Shown here piece after piece: positions 37,221 to 47,910 of a stretch of DNA of 64,000 nt. Positions within the stretch are counted from its first letter, which is position 1. The number at the start of each line of letters is the position of its first letter. A program made the translations under genes and the position numbers. The DNA lies in the NCBI GenBank assembly GCA_900550145.1, contig URRF01000002.1, positions 5,228-69,227 of the forward strand, in the 5' to 3' direction. The notes under the pieces were generated by a model, which ran no database searches, was not told where the DNA came from, and saw only the letters and a list, made by a program, of their open reading frames with translations. Source of the stretch: an uncultured Mollicutes bacterium (GTDB lineage: Bacteria > Bacillota_I > Bacilli_A > RF39 > UBA660).

Positions 37221-38972
37221 ATGATAAATTTTATAAAAGAACAAGAAAAAAAACTGAAGAAAATTATCTTAGAATGTGGATATTCAATTGAAAATGTAAA
37301 TATAGTTCCGTCTTCGAGACCGGATTTAGGACAGTATCAATTTAATGGAGTTATGGAATTAGCTAAAATGAGTAAAACAAATCCAAGAATAATAGCAAAC
37401 TTAATTGTAGAAAAAATGTGTGATGATGATGATTATAAGGATGTAAATGTGGCTGGGCCTGGTTTTATAAATATAACTTTTTCTGATAAACTATTATCTA
37501 ATTATATCGAATCTACTAGAAAATATCATAATTATGATAAAAATACAATAAAAAGAAAAAAGATAGTTATAGATTATGGTGGACCTAATGTTGCAAAAAC
37601 TCTTCATGTTGGTCACTTGCGTAGTGCCAACATAGGAGAAGCCTTAAAAAGATTAAGTAAACAACTTAATTATGATGTTATAAGTGATATTCACTTAGGC
37701 GATTGGGGACGCCCAATGGGATTAATAATGTTGGAATTGAAGAAAAAACATCCAGATTGGGTTTATTTTGATGAAAATTTTAATGGAGAATATCCAAAAA
37801 GATGCCCTATTAGCAATGAAGATTTGGAAAAGCTTTATCCAATAGCAAGCGCAAAGGCTAAAATTGATGAACAGTATTTAAAAGAGGCAAGGGATATTAC
37901 AACAAAATTACAAAAAAAGCAACAAGGTTATTATGAATTGTGGAAACAAATTATAGCTATTTCAATATCAGAAATAAAACGTTTGTATGATAAATTGAAT
38001 GTATCTTTTGATTTATGGAATGGAGAAAGTGATTCTGATAAATATGTTTTAGATGTAATAAATTATTTAAAAGAAAAAGGATTAGTATACGAGAGTGATG
38101 GTGCTCTGGTTATGGATGTTAGTTTACCAGGAGATACTGTTAATATTCCACCATTATTGTTAATTAAATCTAATGGTGCTATTTCATATGAAACAACAGA
38201 TTTAGCAACATTATGGGATAGAGTTAATAGTATTAAACCAGATGAAATCTGGTATGTAGTTGATAAACGACAATCATTGCACTTTGAACAAGTTTTTAGA
38301 GCTGCTTACAAATCAGGTATTGTTCCGAAAAGTGTAAAATTAGAATTCGTTGGATTTGGTACAATGAATGGCAAAGATGGCAAACCATTTAAAACTAGGG
38401 ATGGGAGTGTTATGACGCTTTCTGCCCTAATTGAGTCTATAAAACATGAAACATTAAAAAAATTAAACCCAAATATAGTTGGTGATGCAAGAGATGAAAT
38501 ATCTGATTTAATAGCAGTTGGGGCTTTAAAATATGCTGATTTACTTCCTAACAGAAGTACTGACTATATATTTGATGAAGATAAGTTTAGTGATTTTAAC
38601 GGAAAAACCGGTGTTTATTTATTGTATTCTACAATTAGAATGAAAACATTATTGATGAAAGCTAAAGAACAAAATGTAGAAATAGGTCCGATAAATGTAT
38701 TTGTGAATGATTTTGATAGGAACATTGCATTAAAATTATTAGAAACTCCAGTTGTTTTAGATAAGGCATTTAAGGATAAATCTCTTAATGAAATAGCAGA
38801 ATATTTATATCAATTAATTAATATTTTTAATAATTTTTATGCTTCAAATCATATTTTAGCTCAAACAAATGACAAAATAAAACAATCATGGTTAGGCTTG
38901 GTTGAAACCGTTTATAATACTAGTTCTGAATTATTAGATGTTATGGGCATAGAACAGCCAAAAAGAATGTAA
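37221..38972 (+). CDS. argS: arginyl-tRNA synthetase
   Basis: HVGH (TLHVGHLRSA) class I motif; N-terminal add-1 domain; C-terminal DALR anticodon-binding domain; 583 aa. Confidence 0.95.
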   Translation: MINFIKEQEKKLKKIILECGYSIENVNIVPSSRPDLGQYQFNGVMELAKMSKTNPRIIANLIVEKMCDDDDYKDVNVAGPGFINITFSDKLLSNYIESTRKYHNYDKNTIKRKKIVIDYGGPNVAKTLHVGHLRSANIGEALKRLSKQLNYDVISDIHLGDWGRPMGLIMLELKKKHPDWVYFDENFNGEYPKRCPISNEDLEKLYPIASAKAKIDEQYLKEARDITTKLQKKQQGYYELWKQIIAISISEIKRLYDKLNVSFDLWNGESDSDKYVLDVINYLKEKGLVYESDGALVMDVSLPGDTVNIPPLLLIKSNGAISYETTDLATLWDRVNSIKPDEIWYVVDKRQSLHFEQVFRAAYKSGIVPKSVKLEFVGFGTMNGKDGKPFKTRDGSVMTLSALIESIKHETLKKLNPNIVGDARDEISDLIAVGALKYADLLPNRSTDYIFDEDKFSDFNGKTGVYLLYSTIRMKTLLMKAKEQNVEIGPINVFVNDFDRNIALKLLETPVVLDKAFKDKSLNEIAEYLYQLINIFNNFYASNHILAQTNDKIKQSWLGLVETVYNTSSELLDVMGIEQPKRM

Positions 38973-38998
38973 AATAAAAAGAAAGGGGATAATTCAAT

Positions 38999-39730
38999 TT
39001 GAATAAGTGTGTACTTATAACAGGTGCTACAAGAGGAATAGGACGAGCTACTGCTATTAAATTCGCAAAATCAGGTTACGATGTAATAATAAATTATTTG
39101 AATAATGATGATTTGGCAGAGAAATTAAAAGAAGAGCTGATTTCGAAATATTCAGCAAATATTACTCTTATTAAAGCAAATGTTAAGATCGAACAAGATG
39201 TGATTAAGTTAAAAAATGAAGTGTATAAAAAATATAAAAAAATAGATGTTTTAGTAAATAATGCTGGAGTTATTTCTGATAAAGAATTTCGAGACAGAAC
39301 AATAGATGACTTTAATGCTATTATAGGTGCTAATTTAGCTAGTGTTTTTTTAATGAGCAAATATTTTGGATTTGAAATGTATAAAGAGCATACAGGAAAA
39401 ATAATAAATATTTCTTCTACAAATGGTATAAATTCATACACACCTACTACTATAGATTATGATGCGGCAAAAGCGGGAGTGATATCTATGACAAAAAATC
39501 TAGCTGTGGAATTTTCTCCTTATGTTAATGTTAACTCTGTTGCTCCAGGATGGGTTGATACTGATATGAATAAAGATCTTCCCACTAAATTGTTGGAAGA
39601 AGAAAAGAGAAAAATTTTACTAAAACGATTTGCAAAACCAGAAGAAATAGCAAATGTTATATATTTTTTATCAAGCGATGAGTCATCATATGTAAATGGT
39701 CAAACAATAATAGTTGATGGGGGATATTAA
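38999..39730 (+). CDS. short-chain dehydrogenase/reductase (FabG-like 3-oxoacyl-ACP reductase family), TTG start
   Basis: LITGATRGIGRA Rossmann motif; NNAG; YxxxK (YDAAK) catalytic motif. Confidence 0.8.
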   Translation: MNKCVLITGATRGIGRATAIKFAKSGYDVIINYLNNDDLAEKLKEELISKYSANITLIKANVKIEQDVIKLKNEVYKKYKKIDVLVNNAGVISDKEFRDRTIDDFNAIIGANLASVFLMSKYFGFEMYKEHTGKIINISSTNGINSYTPTTIDYDAAKAGVISMTKNLAVEFSPYVNVNSVAPGWVDTDMNKDLPTKLLEEEKRKILLKRFAKPEEIANVIYFLSSDESSYVNGQTIIVDGGY

Positions 39731-39732
39731 TT

Positions 39733-40920
39733 ATGAATAAATTTGATAATGTGTTTATAGAAAATGATTTTGTAATTCCTGATTATAATAATTTGAATAT
39801 TGTTGATTTAGCTAAATACTTGTATAGTTGTTATGGAATAGAATCTGATTTCAATAAAAATTTTGAAAAATTTCAAAAATTGATTCCGAAAAATAAACAC
39901 ACTTTATTAATTTTATCAGACGGAATGGGATCAAATATCATAGAAAAGATACCTGATGATAACATTATCAAAAAAAATAAAGTTAGTGATATGATAACTG
40001 TTTTTCCTAGCACAACTGCTTGTGTTCTTACTTCATTAGTTACAGCTAAATATCCTTCGGAACATGGAATTTGGGGTTGGTATAATTACTATAGACCAAA
40101 AAATGTAAATTATTATCCATTACTTTTTTTGGAAAGAGGTAGTAATAAACCATTGTCTAATTTTGGAATTTCTCCTAAGGATATATTTATTTCAGAATCG
40201 AAATTAAAACATCTTAATTGCAAAACAACCATTTTGTTTCCGAAAGATATTAATGATAGCATTTATTCTGATTTTGTATCGTTTAAAAAAAATAGATTTG
40301 GATATAAGGATTTTAATGATATTGTTGATATCTTTAAAAAAGAATGTTTAAATTATGAAACTACTTTTACCTATTTATATTTGCCAGATATTGATAGCAT
40401 TGAGCATGATTATGGAATTGATGACGAAAAAGTTTTTAGAAAATTGAATGAAATAAGTGCTTTAGTTGAAAAATTATCAAAAATAGATGATTTAACAATA
40501 ATTGTAACAGCTGATCATGGGCAAATAAATATACATGAAGATGTTATAATGGATTATAATAAATATAATAAATATTTTTATTCGGAGCCTACTATTGATT
40601 TTGGAACAGCTTTTTATTATGTCAAAGAAGAAATGAGAAAAGACTTTGTGAATGAATTTAACAAGGATTTTAAAAACGAAATGTATTTATTTGAAACAAG
40701 TGAATTTATTAAAAAAAATATATTTAGTTTATATAAATTAGATAACTATTCAAAAGAAGGTTTAGGTGAATTTATAAGTTTGTGTAAACCTGGATTTTGT
40801 TTTATAAATTCCCAAAATGTAAAAGAATATTATCGAAAAACCTTAGGAAATCACTCTGGTTTAACGAGGGATGAAATGATTATTCCTTTGATAATAATTA
40901 GTTCAAAAAATATTAGTTAA
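39733..40920 (+). CDS. alkaline-phosphatase-superfamily phosphodiesterase/nucleotide pyrophosphatase-like protein
   Basis: LILSDGMGSN and TADHGQ metal-ligand motifs typical of type I phosphodiesterase/AlkP-like enzymes. Confidence 0.55.
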   Translation: MNKFDNVFIENDFVIPDYNNLNIVDLAKYLYSCYGIESDFNKNFEKFQKLIPKNKHTLLILSDGMGSNIIEKIPDDNIIKKNKVSDMITVFPSTTACVLTSLVTAKYPSEHGIWGWYNYYRPKNVNYYPLLFLERGSNKPLSNFGISPKDIFISESKLKHLNCKTTILFPKDINDSIYSDFVSFKKNRFGYKDFNDIVDIFKKECLNYETTFTYLYLPDIDSIEHDYGIDDEKVFRKLNEISALVEKLSKIDDLTIIVTADHGQINIHEDVIMDYNKYNKYFYSEPTIDFGTAFYYVKEEMRKDFVNEFNKDFKNEMYLFETSEFIKKNIFSLYKLDNYSKEGLGEFISLCKPGFCFINSQNVKEYYRKTLGNHSGLTRDEMIIPLIIISSKNIS

Positions 40921-40941
40921 AAATAACTTTGTAAATAGGTA

Positions 40942-41154
40942 ATGAAAAAGATTTTAATAAATGATATACCTACAAAGGAAATAAATATAGATAGTGATAT
41001 ATTATTAATTGATTTGTTAGTACTATGTTCTTTGACTAAGTATAAAACAGAAGCTAAAAGGTTGACTTTGCAAAATGGAATTAAAATAGATGGAGAAAAA
41101 GAAAAATACTATGTTAAGGATCATCATATTCCAATTATATCAAGAGAACTTTGA
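40942..41154 (+). pseudogene. 3' fragment of a second, diverged tyrS (C-terminal S4 domain only)
   Basis: LIDLLVLCSLTKYKTEAKRLTLQNGIKIDGEKE matches the TyrS C-terminal S4 module. No upstream catalytic domain. Diverged from the resident tyrS C-terminus. Confidence 0.5.
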
Positions 41155-41940
41155 AATAAATGCCAAGAAATATTAAACAAAAGAAGAAATGAAATGTCAG
41201 AGAAAGAACATCATTCTAAACATTATTGCTATAGATATACATTTAGTTCTAAAATTGAATGCGGTATATGTGGCTCAAATTATGTCCATAGAATAAGCTG
41301 TAATCAAAAAGGAAAGAAATATTTCTATTGGTCTTGTTATAATAAAGTTACTTTAAAGGAAAAATGTCCCAAATCATTAACAATTAGAGAAGATATATTA
41401 AAAGAAATGTTTATTGAAGTTTATAACTCAATTACAACTCAAAAGCATAAAACGAGAGATAGACTAATAAAAGCAATAAAAGAAACTATAACTAGCGAAG
41501 ATAATAAGAAGGAATTGAGTAAACTTTATAGTGAAGTACAAACTTTACAAAAAAGACTATCTAATTTAATTGATTTAAAACTTTATAGAATAGAAAACAA
41601 AGATGTCTATAATGAAAAAGAAAAAGAAATTTCAAATAAAATAAAAATGCTAAATGAACAAATTGAACTGTTAGAATATAAAGATAAACAGAATAAAGAT
41701 ATATCTAAAAGACTTAAAGACATTGAGAAAATCATAAATAAAGAAGAACAACCAATGGAAATGTTTGATGATGTTAAATTTGAAAATTTAGTAGAAAAAA
41801 TAATTATAGGCGAACAAGATAGAGATGGTTATATTAATTCTAATACTATAAGATTTGTTCTAAAAATTGGTACAGAGTATAAATTTAAAGATTTGTCATT
41901 TGTGCCAAACAAGAAATATAGGTGCAGTAGAGAGTTCTAA
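41155..41940 (+). pseudogene. C-terminal fragment of a large serine recombinase (zinc-ribbon + coiled-coil), abutting the tyrS fragment
   Basis: CGICGSNYVHRISCNQKGKKYFYWSC zinc ribbon followed by a coiled coil. The N-terminal resolvase and recombinase domains are absent. The frame is open from 41155, immediately after the tyrS-fragment stop. Confidence 0.55.
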
Positions 41941-42381
41941 GAAAACAGATACTTTAGAATTTTATAAGAGAGAAAGAGGAACAAATGTTAAAACATGTAC
42001 AAGTGGTAGTATTTGTAATGATAATGTGATAAGAACAACCTTTTGGAGACAGGATATGTAGCACTACCATATGTAACAGATTGGGCATATGCATGTAGTG
42101 AAAGTATATGTGAAACAAATTTGAATGCAGAAAGTTCAAATAATTTTATATGTACGAACAATAACTGGATGCATAAAAACAAGAGTTATTGGACTTTGTC
42201 GATAATTCCATGGGAAGGAATCTCTGATAATATATTGGTAATTTATGTAAAGGAAGATAATGGCGGACAAGCTGGGCGTTCGCATCAAATTTTTCCTTCA
42301 ATCTATCTAAAAAACAATGTCATAATAGAAAGTGGTACTGGTACAAATACTGATCCATATAAGTTACAAATTGAATCATAA
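41867..42381 (+). pseudogene. frameshifted Cys-rich ORF remnant (two overlapping frames)
   Basis: ORFs 41867-42061 and 42043-42381 overlap in different frames. No recognisable domain. Confidence 0.3.
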
Positions 42382-42414
42382 AAAAAGAGTGCATTTATAA
42401 AATGCATTCTTTTA
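42381..42414. terminator. bidirectional terminator between the remnant ORF (+) and rpsD (-)
   Basis: GAGTGCATTT-ataa-AAATGCATTC hairpin flanked by A6 and T4. Confidence 0.6.
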
Positions 42415-43017
42415 CTACTTATTATAGAACTCAACAACAAGTGATTCATTAACATCACTTGATAATTCACTTCTTTCAGGTAATCTTATATAAGTACCTT
42501 CAAGTTTATTCTTATCAAATGAAACATAATCAACTGTCTTAGTTACTTTTTCTAATGATTCTTTCATTGCCTTATGATCTTTAGAGTTTTCTCTAACAGC
42601 AACTACATCACCTGGTTTAACTTGATAAGATGGGATATCAACTTTTCTACCATTAACACTTACGTGACCATGATTTACAAATTGTCTAGCACCACTTCTT
42701 GTACTAGCAAGACCCATACGATAAACTATATTATCAAGTCTGCTTTCTAGTAACTTAAGGATATTCTCACCATGAATACCTTTTAATTTTGCAGCTCTTT
42801 CAAAAGTTTTCTTTAATTGCTTTTCACTTATTCCATAAATAAATCTAATCTTTTGTTTTTCAACTAATTGAACACCATAGTTAGATAATTTTCCTTTTCT
42901 ACCATTTCCATGTTGTCCAGGTCCATATGGTTTCTTAACTAATTCTTTACCATTTTCTAAAGTTGAAATACCAACACGACGACTTCTTTTATAAGCTGGT
43001 CCAGTATACCTTGACAT
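42415..43017 (-). CDS. rpsD: 30S ribosomal protein S4
   Basis: MSRYTGPAYKRSRR...S4 domain; 200 aa, Firmicutes type. Confidence 0.95.
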   Translation of the reverse strand: MSRYTGPAYKRSRRVGISTLENGKELVKKPYGPGQHGNGRKGKLSNYGVQLVEKQKIRFIYGISEKQLKKTFERAAKLKGIHGENILKLLESRLDNIVYRMGLASTRSGARQFVNHGHVSVNGRKVDIPSYQVKPGDVVAVRENSKDHKAMKESLEKVTKTVDYVSFDKNKLEGTYIRLPERSELSSDVNESLVVEFYNK

Positions 43018-43239
43018 AACATTTCTCCTTTCTTTTGTTTACTTAAACAAGAGATTATAATCTCAGTTCATAGGGTGTTTATTACTATTTTCACTAAGCA
43101 GCTAGCTACTAATATATAAAAAACAAACACATTACAAACTTAATTATAATGCTGCTAAAATGTTTAAAGCATATGTATTATAATATTTAATATGATTTTA
43201 GTCAAGATTTAGTTCTAAAATGTCAGAATATGTGGTAAA

Positions 43240-44994
43240 ATGTATATAGTATTTATAATAGGAGGAATTTCTATGAATGATATTATATTGTTAATTGTTA
43301 CTTATTATATTCTAGCCATTCTATTAATAATATTAGTACTTAATTTAATACAATATGCAAGTAAAAAGAAATATAAAGGCGAATTAGATAATTTAGATGT
43401 TGAAAAAAATGAAATAATAGACGCTCCTATAATGACGGAATTATCCAAAGTAGAGAGTTTAACTAAAACAAAATCTATAAAAGAAAAATATATACTTTGG
43501 AAAAAAGAAATAGATGACATAAAAGAAAAAATGACAATAGATGTTAATGATATGATATTAGAAGCAGATTTGTTCTTAGAACAAAAAGATTTTAAAGATT
43601 ATCTAAGTAAAAAAACAAATATAGAAATTAAATTATACGAAGCAAAAGAATTAAAAGCAAGATTATTAAAAGAAATAAAAGAAATAACTCTTAGTGAAGA
43701 GAGAAATCGTATAATGATAACAGATTTAAAAACAAAATTTAGAGATATAATACACATATTTGAAACAACTAAAGATACTTTTGAACCAGTAACTAAACCA
43801 GTTGAATTGCAGATAGAAAATATAGAAAAAATGTTTCAAGATTTTGAAGTATTTATGGAAAAACAAGATTATGTAGAAGCAAACAAAATAGTAGATATAA
43901 TAGATACACTTATTAAACATTTAGAAACAATTGTAGATGAAATACCAGGTGCACTTGCACTTGCACTTACAATTATTCCAAAAAGGATTGCAGAATTAAA
44001 AAGTTCATATGAAAACATGGTTAAAAATGGTTATCAATTAGATTATCTAAATATTGAGTATAATATGGAAGAAATAGATAAAAAGATACAAGATATAATG
44101 TCAAGAATAAGAGTATTGAATTTAGAAGATGTACTATTTGAACTAAAAACAATGTTAGAATATACTGATTCAGTATTTACAGATTTCGAAAGAGAAAAAT
44201 TAGCAAGAAAAGAATATGAAGATTCAATAACAATATTCAAATCAAAAGTAAATAAAATAAATGATGTAATGAATAAATTATATGGGAGAGTAGTAGATGC
44301 TAAATATAATTATAAATTATCAGAAGAACAACTTAGTTCATTAGATGAATTAAGTAGTGAGTTACTATCTTTAGATGAAGATTTTAATAAACTATATGAT
44401 ACGACTAAAACATCTAGTTTCCCATATACAAGATTAAATAAGGAATTAGAATTACTTATTATCAAATTATCCAGTGTAGAAGAAAAACTAGATAATTATA
44501 TGCAATCAATAGGAAATATGCAAGAAGATGAAAAAAGAGCAAGAGAACAACTTACTGATATGGAAAACTTATTAGAAAGTTCAAAATCTAAAATGAGAGA
44601 ATATAAACTTCCATTAATACCTAACATATATTTTATTGAATTAAAAGAAGCTATTGAAGCATTAAGAGAAGTAACAAAAGAATTAGATAAAAAACCAATA
44701 AATATAGATATATTAAATACAAGAGTAGATACAGCACGTGATTTAGTATTTAAATTGCATAATACATCAAATGAATTAGTTAAAACAGCAATATTAGCAG
44801 AAAATGCAATAATGTATGGAAATAGATATAGAGCAAAAAAACAATATGTTGACGATGGACTTAATAAAGCAGAATTATTATTCATAAAAGGTGAATATAA
44901 AAAAGCATTAGAGTTATCTTTAAACACAATTGATATAATTGAACCAGGTATATACAAGAAATTACTTGGATTATATGAAAAAGATTCTAAATGA
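43240..44994 (+). CDS. ezrA: septation ring formation regulator EzrA-like protein
   Basis: N-terminal TM helix, then about 550 aa of coiled coil. N-terminal pattern (KEKYILWKKEIDDI) and length (584 aa) fit. Conserved rpsD-ezrA neighbourhood. Confidence 0.65.
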   Translation: MYIVFIIGGISMNDIILLIVTYYILAILLIILVLNLIQYASKKKYKGELDNLDVEKNEIIDAPIMTELSKVESLTKTKSIKEKYILWKKEIDDIKEKMTIDVNDMILEADLFLEQKDFKDYLSKKTNIEIKLYEAKELKARLLKEIKEITLSEERNRIMITDLKTKFRDIIHIFETTKDTFEPVTKPVELQIENIEKMFQDFEVFMEKQDYVEANKIVDIIDTLIKHLETIVDEIPGALALALTIIPKRIAELKSSYENMVKNGYQLDYLNIEYNMEEIDKKIQDIMSRIRVLNLEDVLFELKTMLEYTDSVFTDFEREKLARKEYEDSITIFKSKVNKINDVMNKLYGRVVDAKYNYKLSEEQLSSLDELSSELLSLDEDFNKLYDTTKTSSFPYTRLNKELELLIIKLSSVEEKLDNYMQSIGNMQEDEKRAREQLTDMENLLESSKSKMREYKLPLIPNIYFIELKEAIEALREVTKELDKKPINIDILNTRVDTARDLVFKLHNTSNELVKTAILAENAIMYGNRYRAKKQYVDDGLNKAELLFIKGEYKKALELSLNTIDIIEPGIYKKLLGLYEKDSK

Positions 44995-45010
44995 TTTAGA
45001 ATTTTTTTAT
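44986..45010 (+). terminator. rho-independent terminator of ezrA
   Basis: TTCTAAAT-ga-TTTAGAA plus T7. Confidence 0.65.
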
Positions 45011-45038
45011 ACAAATAAAATATAATTTATTAGGTGGT

Positions 45039-45875
45039 TTGATGAAAAAGAAAATAGAATATATTTTAATGTTAATTCTTTTTGCATTAAGTTTAATTTA
45101 TACAAATTCAGCAACAAATATAATAAAAAAAGAAGATCCAATAATGAAAAGTATTATGAAAAATAAAAATGCATATAAAATAGAAAGTGTTAATGCAAAA
45201 ATAGAAAATGATACAATTACTCCTGGTGTAAATGGTTGCGAAGTTGATATAAATAAAAGTTACCAAAATATGAAAAAAATAAACGAATATACTGATAAAA
45301 TGCTTAAATATAAAGATTTAATACCAGAAATAACAATTAGTAATGTATATAATAAATATATAACAAATGGAAATGATACAAAAAGAGAAGTTTCAATAAT
45401 TGTAAACATAGATGAAAAAATAGATGAAGTAGTTACTATGGCAAATGATAACAAAATAAAAATAAATATGTTCCTAGATAGTGAAATGCTAAAAAATGGA
45501 CCAATTAAAATAGAAAAAACTTATATTCATATATATAACGGAGGAGTTAATAACAATTACGATGATATAACTATTGAATGGATGAATGACATAATAGAAG
45601 ATAACTATAATGAATCAAAATACTGTATAAATAAAAACAAAAACGATAATAATTTAATGATATGTGCAAGAAATAAAATGCATACGATAAATCCAAACTT
45701 AATAGTAATGCATTCTAATTTATACAATATTAAATCATTAATAACAAATGGAAGTATAATATATTTTGATAAAAACAATATAAATAATATAAAAAGTATC
45801 TCTAATTATATATTATCAAAGGGTTATAAGATAGTATTCCTAGATGAACTTTTAAATGAAAAAACTTGTAAATAG
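45039..45875 (+). CDS. secreted Asn/Lys-rich protein (hypothetical)
   Basis: Signal peptide; no clear catalytic motif. Confidence 0.35.
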   Translation: MMKKKIEYILMLILFALSLIYTNSATNIIKKEDPIMKSIMKNKNAYKIESVNAKIENDTITPGVNGCEVDINKSYQNMKKINEYTDKMLKYKDLIPEITISNVYNKYITNGNDTKREVSIIVNIDEKIDEVVTMANDNKIKINMFLDSEMLKNGPIKIEKTYIHIYNGGVNNNYDDITIEWMNDIIEDNYNESKYCINKNKNDNNLMICARNKMHTINPNLIVMHSNLYNIKSLITNGSIIYFDKNNINNIKSISNYILSKGYKIVFLDELLNEKTCK

Positions 45876-45883
45876 CAGAAATG

Positions 45884-45912
45884 AAGATTGAATAATCAAT
45901 CTTTTATTTTTT
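45884..45912 (+). terminator. rho-independent terminator
   Basis: AAGATTGA-ataa-TCAATCTT plus T-run. Confidence 0.65.
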
Positions 45913-46033
45913 ATAATTTACAACTTTTTTACACCCATATATTAAACATAAATATTACTACAATTGATTTTTATCTTTTTTTTTGCTATAATGCTTACGC
46001 ATTGTCTTTTTAATTTGGAAAGAAGGTTATAAA

Positions 46034-47677
46034 ATGAGTAAAATTAAAATTTTTAGTTTGGGCGGATTAAATGAAAATTCAAAAAACATGTACGTTGTTG
46101 AAGTTGATGAAGACATTTTCGTTTTTGAAGCAGGACTTAAATATGCAGATGATAAGTTTTTAGGTGTTGACTATATAATACCTGATTATAGTTATATAAA
46201 AAATAATATAAAAAGAGTAAGAGGAATATTTATAACTCACCCACACTCTGAACAAATAGGGGCTTTAGGTGATATAGTAAGTGAATTGCCAAATATAAAA
46301 ATATATGGTACAAAATTTACAATTGATTTTATTAAAAGATTACTTAATGATCACAATGTAGTTGCAAATAACCTAATAGAAATTTCTCCACATAAAAAAA
46401 TAAACTTTGGAAATGTCAGTATATTTCCAATAGCAATTACACATTCACTTCCTGACAATGTTGGATATGTAATAAACACAAGTGATGGAGCGATTGTATA
46501 TACAGGAAGTTTTATATTTGATCCTACTATGAGAGGTAGTTTTAAAACGGATATAGGTAAACTTGCATATGTAGGAAAACAAGGCGTATTATGCCTAATG
46601 AGTGAATCATTATATGCAGATAAAAAGGGCTTTACAAGTCCTAACCATAGAATATTGCCTTTAATAAACGAAACTATGATAAGAAGAGAAGGAAGAATAA
46701 TATTTAATATATTTTCTAACAATATATGTCGTATACAAGAACTATTTGATGCATTAAGTAAAAGCGTAAGAAAAATTGTTATAATGGGAAAAACTTTACA
46801 AGGTACCATTAAATATTTATTAGATAATAACTATTTATTTATAGAAAGAGAAAAAATAGGAGATTTATCAAATCTAGATGACAAAGATGTTGTAATACTT
46901 ACTTCATCAGATAATGAAAGACCGTTTTCTAACTTAGATAGAATTCTTAATGGATATGACAAATACGTAAAAATAAAAAATACTGATACAGTATTTTTCC
47001 TAGATTCTATTACTGATTCAGTAGAAAGAAGTGCAGTTAGAATATTTGATAGCATATCAAGAACAGGAGCAGAAGTAGTAACTTTATCAAAAGAAAAAAT
47101 TACTTACCACGCATCAAGTGAAGATTTAATGCTTATGCTAGATTTAATAAGTCCAGAATATTATTTTCCAGTAATGGGTGAATATCGCCATCAAGTAGCA
47201 AATGCAAATGTAGCAGGCAAGATAGGAATACCAAAAGAAAAAATACTATTAAAACAAAATGGTGATGTAGTACAGTTCCAAGATGGAAAATTAGTAGATA
47301 ATTTCGAACATATAAACGTTGATGAAATAATGATAGATGGTACATCAAGCGAAGACATAGGAGAATTAGTACTTAAAGATAGAGAAATGTTAAGTGATAA
47401 TGGTATTGTAATAGTATGTGCAACTCTTGATAAGAAAACAAAAAAAGTATTAGCAGGTCCAGTTATACTTACAAGAGGATTTGTTTATGTAAAAGACAGT
47501 GCAGATCTTATCAAAGAGATAGAAAGAATATCATTAGAAAAAATAATTGAAAATACAAATAACAATTATGTAGAATTTAATAAAATTAAAAATGCTATAA
47601 GAGAAGAAGTAGGTAAATACTTATATTATGAAACAGAGTGTAAACCAATGATTATTACAGTAATACAAGAGGTTTAA
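46034..47677 (+). CDS. rnj: ribonuclease J (beta-CASP metallo-beta-lactamase RNase) with non-canonical motif II
   Basis: RNase J architecture (MBL, beta-CASP, C-terminal domain; 547 aa). Motif II reads HPHSEQIGA instead of HGHEDHIGA. Confidence 0.8.
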   Translation: MSKIKIFSLGGLNENSKNMYVVEVDEDIFVFEAGLKYADDKFLGVDYIIPDYSYIKNNIKRVRGIFITHPHSEQIGALGDIVSELPNIKIYGTKFTIDFIKRLLNDHNVVANNLIEISPHKKINFGNVSIFPIAITHSLPDNVGYVINTSDGAIVYTGSFIFDPTMRGSFKTDIGKLAYVGKQGVLCLMSESLYADKKGFTSPNHRILPLINETMIRREGRIIFNIFSNNICRIQELFDALSKSVRKIVIMGKTLQGTIKYLLDNNYLFIEREKIGDLSNLDDKDVVILTSSDNERPFSNLDRILNGYDKYVKIKNTDTVFFLDSITDSVERSAVRIFDSISRTGAEVVTLSKEKITYHASSEDLMLMLDLISPEYYFPVMGEYRHQVANANVAGKIGIPKEKILLKQNGDVVQFQDGKLVDNFEHINVDEIMIDGTSSEDIGELVLKDREMLSDNGIVIVCATLDKKTKKVLAGPVILTRGFVYVKDSADLIKEIERISLEKIIENTNNNYVEFNKIKNAIREEVGKYLYYETECKPMIITVIQEV

Positions 47678-47910
47678 ACTCTTTTTTATTCTCCAAAAAA
47701 AGAACAAGAAAGACTGCAAATGATTACAAAGGTAAACCAATAAACTTTGATTTAATTGATTATAAACTAAATGATAGTTCTCATAATATGAGAGTATTCA
47801 AATAAAACAAATTTAATAATTTCACATCGAAGCTTTATTAAAGCCCTTCATTTAATCAAAAAAACTCTATTCTTTACAAATATGAGGAAAGATGCTGATG
47901 TATTTGGAAC

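Noticed and set aside
41954-42182. Minus-strand ORFs 41954-42139 and 41988-42182
   Set aside because: They overlap the frameshifted plus-strand remnant, and have no RBS and only low-complexity His/Tyr-rich translation. Likely non-coding.
43018-43239. Specific S4-binding autoregulatory leader for rpsD
   Set aside because: A long 5' UTR exists on the minus strand with divergent promoters toward ezrA. I could not identify the pseudoknot or conserved elements by eye, so no feature was called.
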